Of a stretch of DNA of 64,000 nt, positions 62,275 through 64,000 are shown one piece after another. Positions within the stretch are counted from its first letter, which is position 1. Each line of letters starts with the position of its first letter. The position numbers and the translations under genes were made by a program. The DNA lies in assembly GCA_038087875.1 (NCBI GenBank), contig CM075996.1:126001-190000 (forward strand). The letters are read 5' to 3'. The stretch is from Malacoraja senta (taxonomy: Eukaryota). The notes beneath the pieces were generated by a model. It saw only the letters and a list, made by a program, of their open reading frames with translations, had not been told where the DNA came from and did no database searches.

Positions 62275-62593
62275 AGGGGCTGTCCCACTGTACAAGCTAA
62301 TTGAAGATTTCTCCCGAGTTTCCACTGATTCAAACTTGGAGAATTACGGTAATGGCCGCTCGTAGGTACTCGGGGCTCTCGTGGACATTTTTCAACATGT
62401 TGAAAAATCTTCACGAGTCTTCACGAGCTTACCGCGTTTCCCGAGTACCTGCCGTTAGCGTTACGAGCCGCTAAGAGACGTCCCGAGCTCCGACGTACCC
62501 GCTACGTACATTCTACGTGCTTCCCATGAGTGTGATTTTTTTTTAAAAACTCGGCAGAGCTCTTGAATTACCTCGTACAGTGGGACAGGCCCT
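62275..62593. mobile_element. PIF/Harbinger-type MITE (subfamily B)
   Basis: TIRs present; TSD TTA. Confidence 0.92.
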
Positions 62594-62949
62594 TTACATA
62601 TAGGTCAGGAGCATTGGCAGCTTCCTTTCCTTAAGTCGGAAGGTGTTCCGAGGTTGTGCAAGATTCCCTAGAGCTCAGTCAAACTCCAGTAAGCAGGAAA
62701 AATCCAATTGTTCGGAAATCCTGATTCCATCCTCTGAAAACCTGGCATGCGCCCCCTTTTTCTTTTTGACCTTCGGTCACCCAAGTTTCCCTGACTTTGC
62801 TTGAAAAGTCTGCTTCACTCATTAGTCTGGGAGGTGAGCCATGAGTCCCAATGGGTGTGTGGTCAGAGCCAAGGGTCCAGGGTAGAGCCAGGGTCTGGAC
62901 TGTGGTCTAAGTGTAAGAACAGACCTGAGATTGGGGTCCAAAACACCAA

Positions 62950-64000
62950 GGATCACCCGGCCCTGACGGCTTCTCTGTAGAGTATTACAAAGCTTTCTCT
63001 GACCTCCTCGCACCAGTCCTGAGAGATATGTAAAATGAGGCGTTTTTACATCGTCGCCTACCGCCCACCTTGTCGTGGGCTACCATCTCCCTAATTCTTG
63101 AAAAGGAGAAAGATCCCCTGCTTTGTAGTAGCTATAGACCAATCTCACTCCTGAATGTGGACCTCAAAATCCTTTCTAAAGCCCTTGCGCTTCGTCTTCA
63201 ACGAGTGATGCCCTCTATTATCTCGTTGGATCAAACAGGGTTTATACCTGGCCGACAGTCTTCCCATAATACTAGGCGTCTCCTTAACATCATTCACTCT
63301 TCGAGTAATGAGACCCCGGAGATGGTGGTCTCCCTCGATGCCGAAAAGGCCTTCGACAGGGTCGAGTGGAGGTACCTATATGAGGCGATGGATAGGTTTG
63401 GCCTCGGTAACAGTTTTATTCTCTGGGTGAGCCTATTATATTCGTCCCCGGTGGCCTCAGTACAAACAAACGCCATACTGTCGCCCCACTTCACACTTCA
63501 GAGAGGTACCAGACAGGGTTGCCCGTTATCTCCACTCTTGTTTGATGTTGCGATAGAACCCCTGGCGGTCTGGTTACGCGCAGAGAAGGGCTTTAAAGGT
63601 ATTACACGGTTTGACACAACTCATAAAGTCTCATTGTATGCGGATGACCTGCTCCTGTACATCTCGAACCCAGTCAGTTCTCTCCCTGTGATTATGAATA
63701 TTTTAGAACGGTTTGGTGCATATTCTGGTTATAAACGTAACTACCAAAAGAGTGAGCTACTACCGATTAACAAACCGGCTAAGCTGCTCCCTCGCTCTTT
63801 AACCTCACTCAAAAGGGCAGAGGATGGGTTTCGTTATCTCGGCGTTTTTATCACAACACCCTTATCTGATATGTTCCGCACAAACCTTTTGCCTCTGGTT
63901 GAGAAAGCCGAAAAAGATTTTGATCGCTGGTCAGTCTTACCGCTATCTCTCGTGGGCCAGATAAATCTGGTTAAGATGGTTGTCCTACCCAAATTCCTGT
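62950..64000 (+). mobile_element. L1-clade LINE ORF2 reverse transcriptase, 5'-truncated, running off the window end
   Basis: SPGPDGF; YRPISLLNVDLKILSK; DQTGF; LDAEKAFDRVEW; RGTRQGCPLSPLLF; LYADD; FRYLG. One stop at 63031, open afterwards. Confidence 0.95.

Noticed and set aside
1877..62593. Kolobok/piggyBac (TTAA) assignment for the MITEs
   Set aside because: Reconstructed empty sites at 24615 and 26585, and the TCA case at 1877, show 3-bp TSDs.

Overview
Repeat-dense eukaryotic DNA, most likely intronic or intergenic sequence from a cartilaginous fish such as a skate or ray. That is inferred from the repeat set: HER1-type CR1 LINEs, HE1/V-SINEs, Deu-domain SINEs and Penelope-derived palindromes. 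I cannot identify a host gene with confidence; every recognisable ORF is transposon-derived. Main elements: (1) a near full-length, frameshifted DIRS1-type tyrosine-recombinase retrotransposon (53745-58443, minus) with gag, RT/RNaseH, a Dam-like methyltransferase domain, YR, ITRs and ICR; (2) 14 PIF/Harbinger-type MITEs that share one TIR but have different CpG-rich interiors; (3) about 20 Penelope-like copies carrying a minimal hammerhead core, often as inverted dimers; (4) CR1, L2, Rex1/Babar, L1, RTE and Vingi-like LINE fragments. The most interesting oddities are a 315-bp RTE-derived element with an HDV-ribozyme-like fold at its 5' end, a P- or hAT-like 8-bp-TSD element nested in a MITE, a Foldback/MULE-like element with a 9-bp TSD, and several templated junction scars. 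Family names come from motif recognition, not database searches, and boundaries of degraded elements are approximate.
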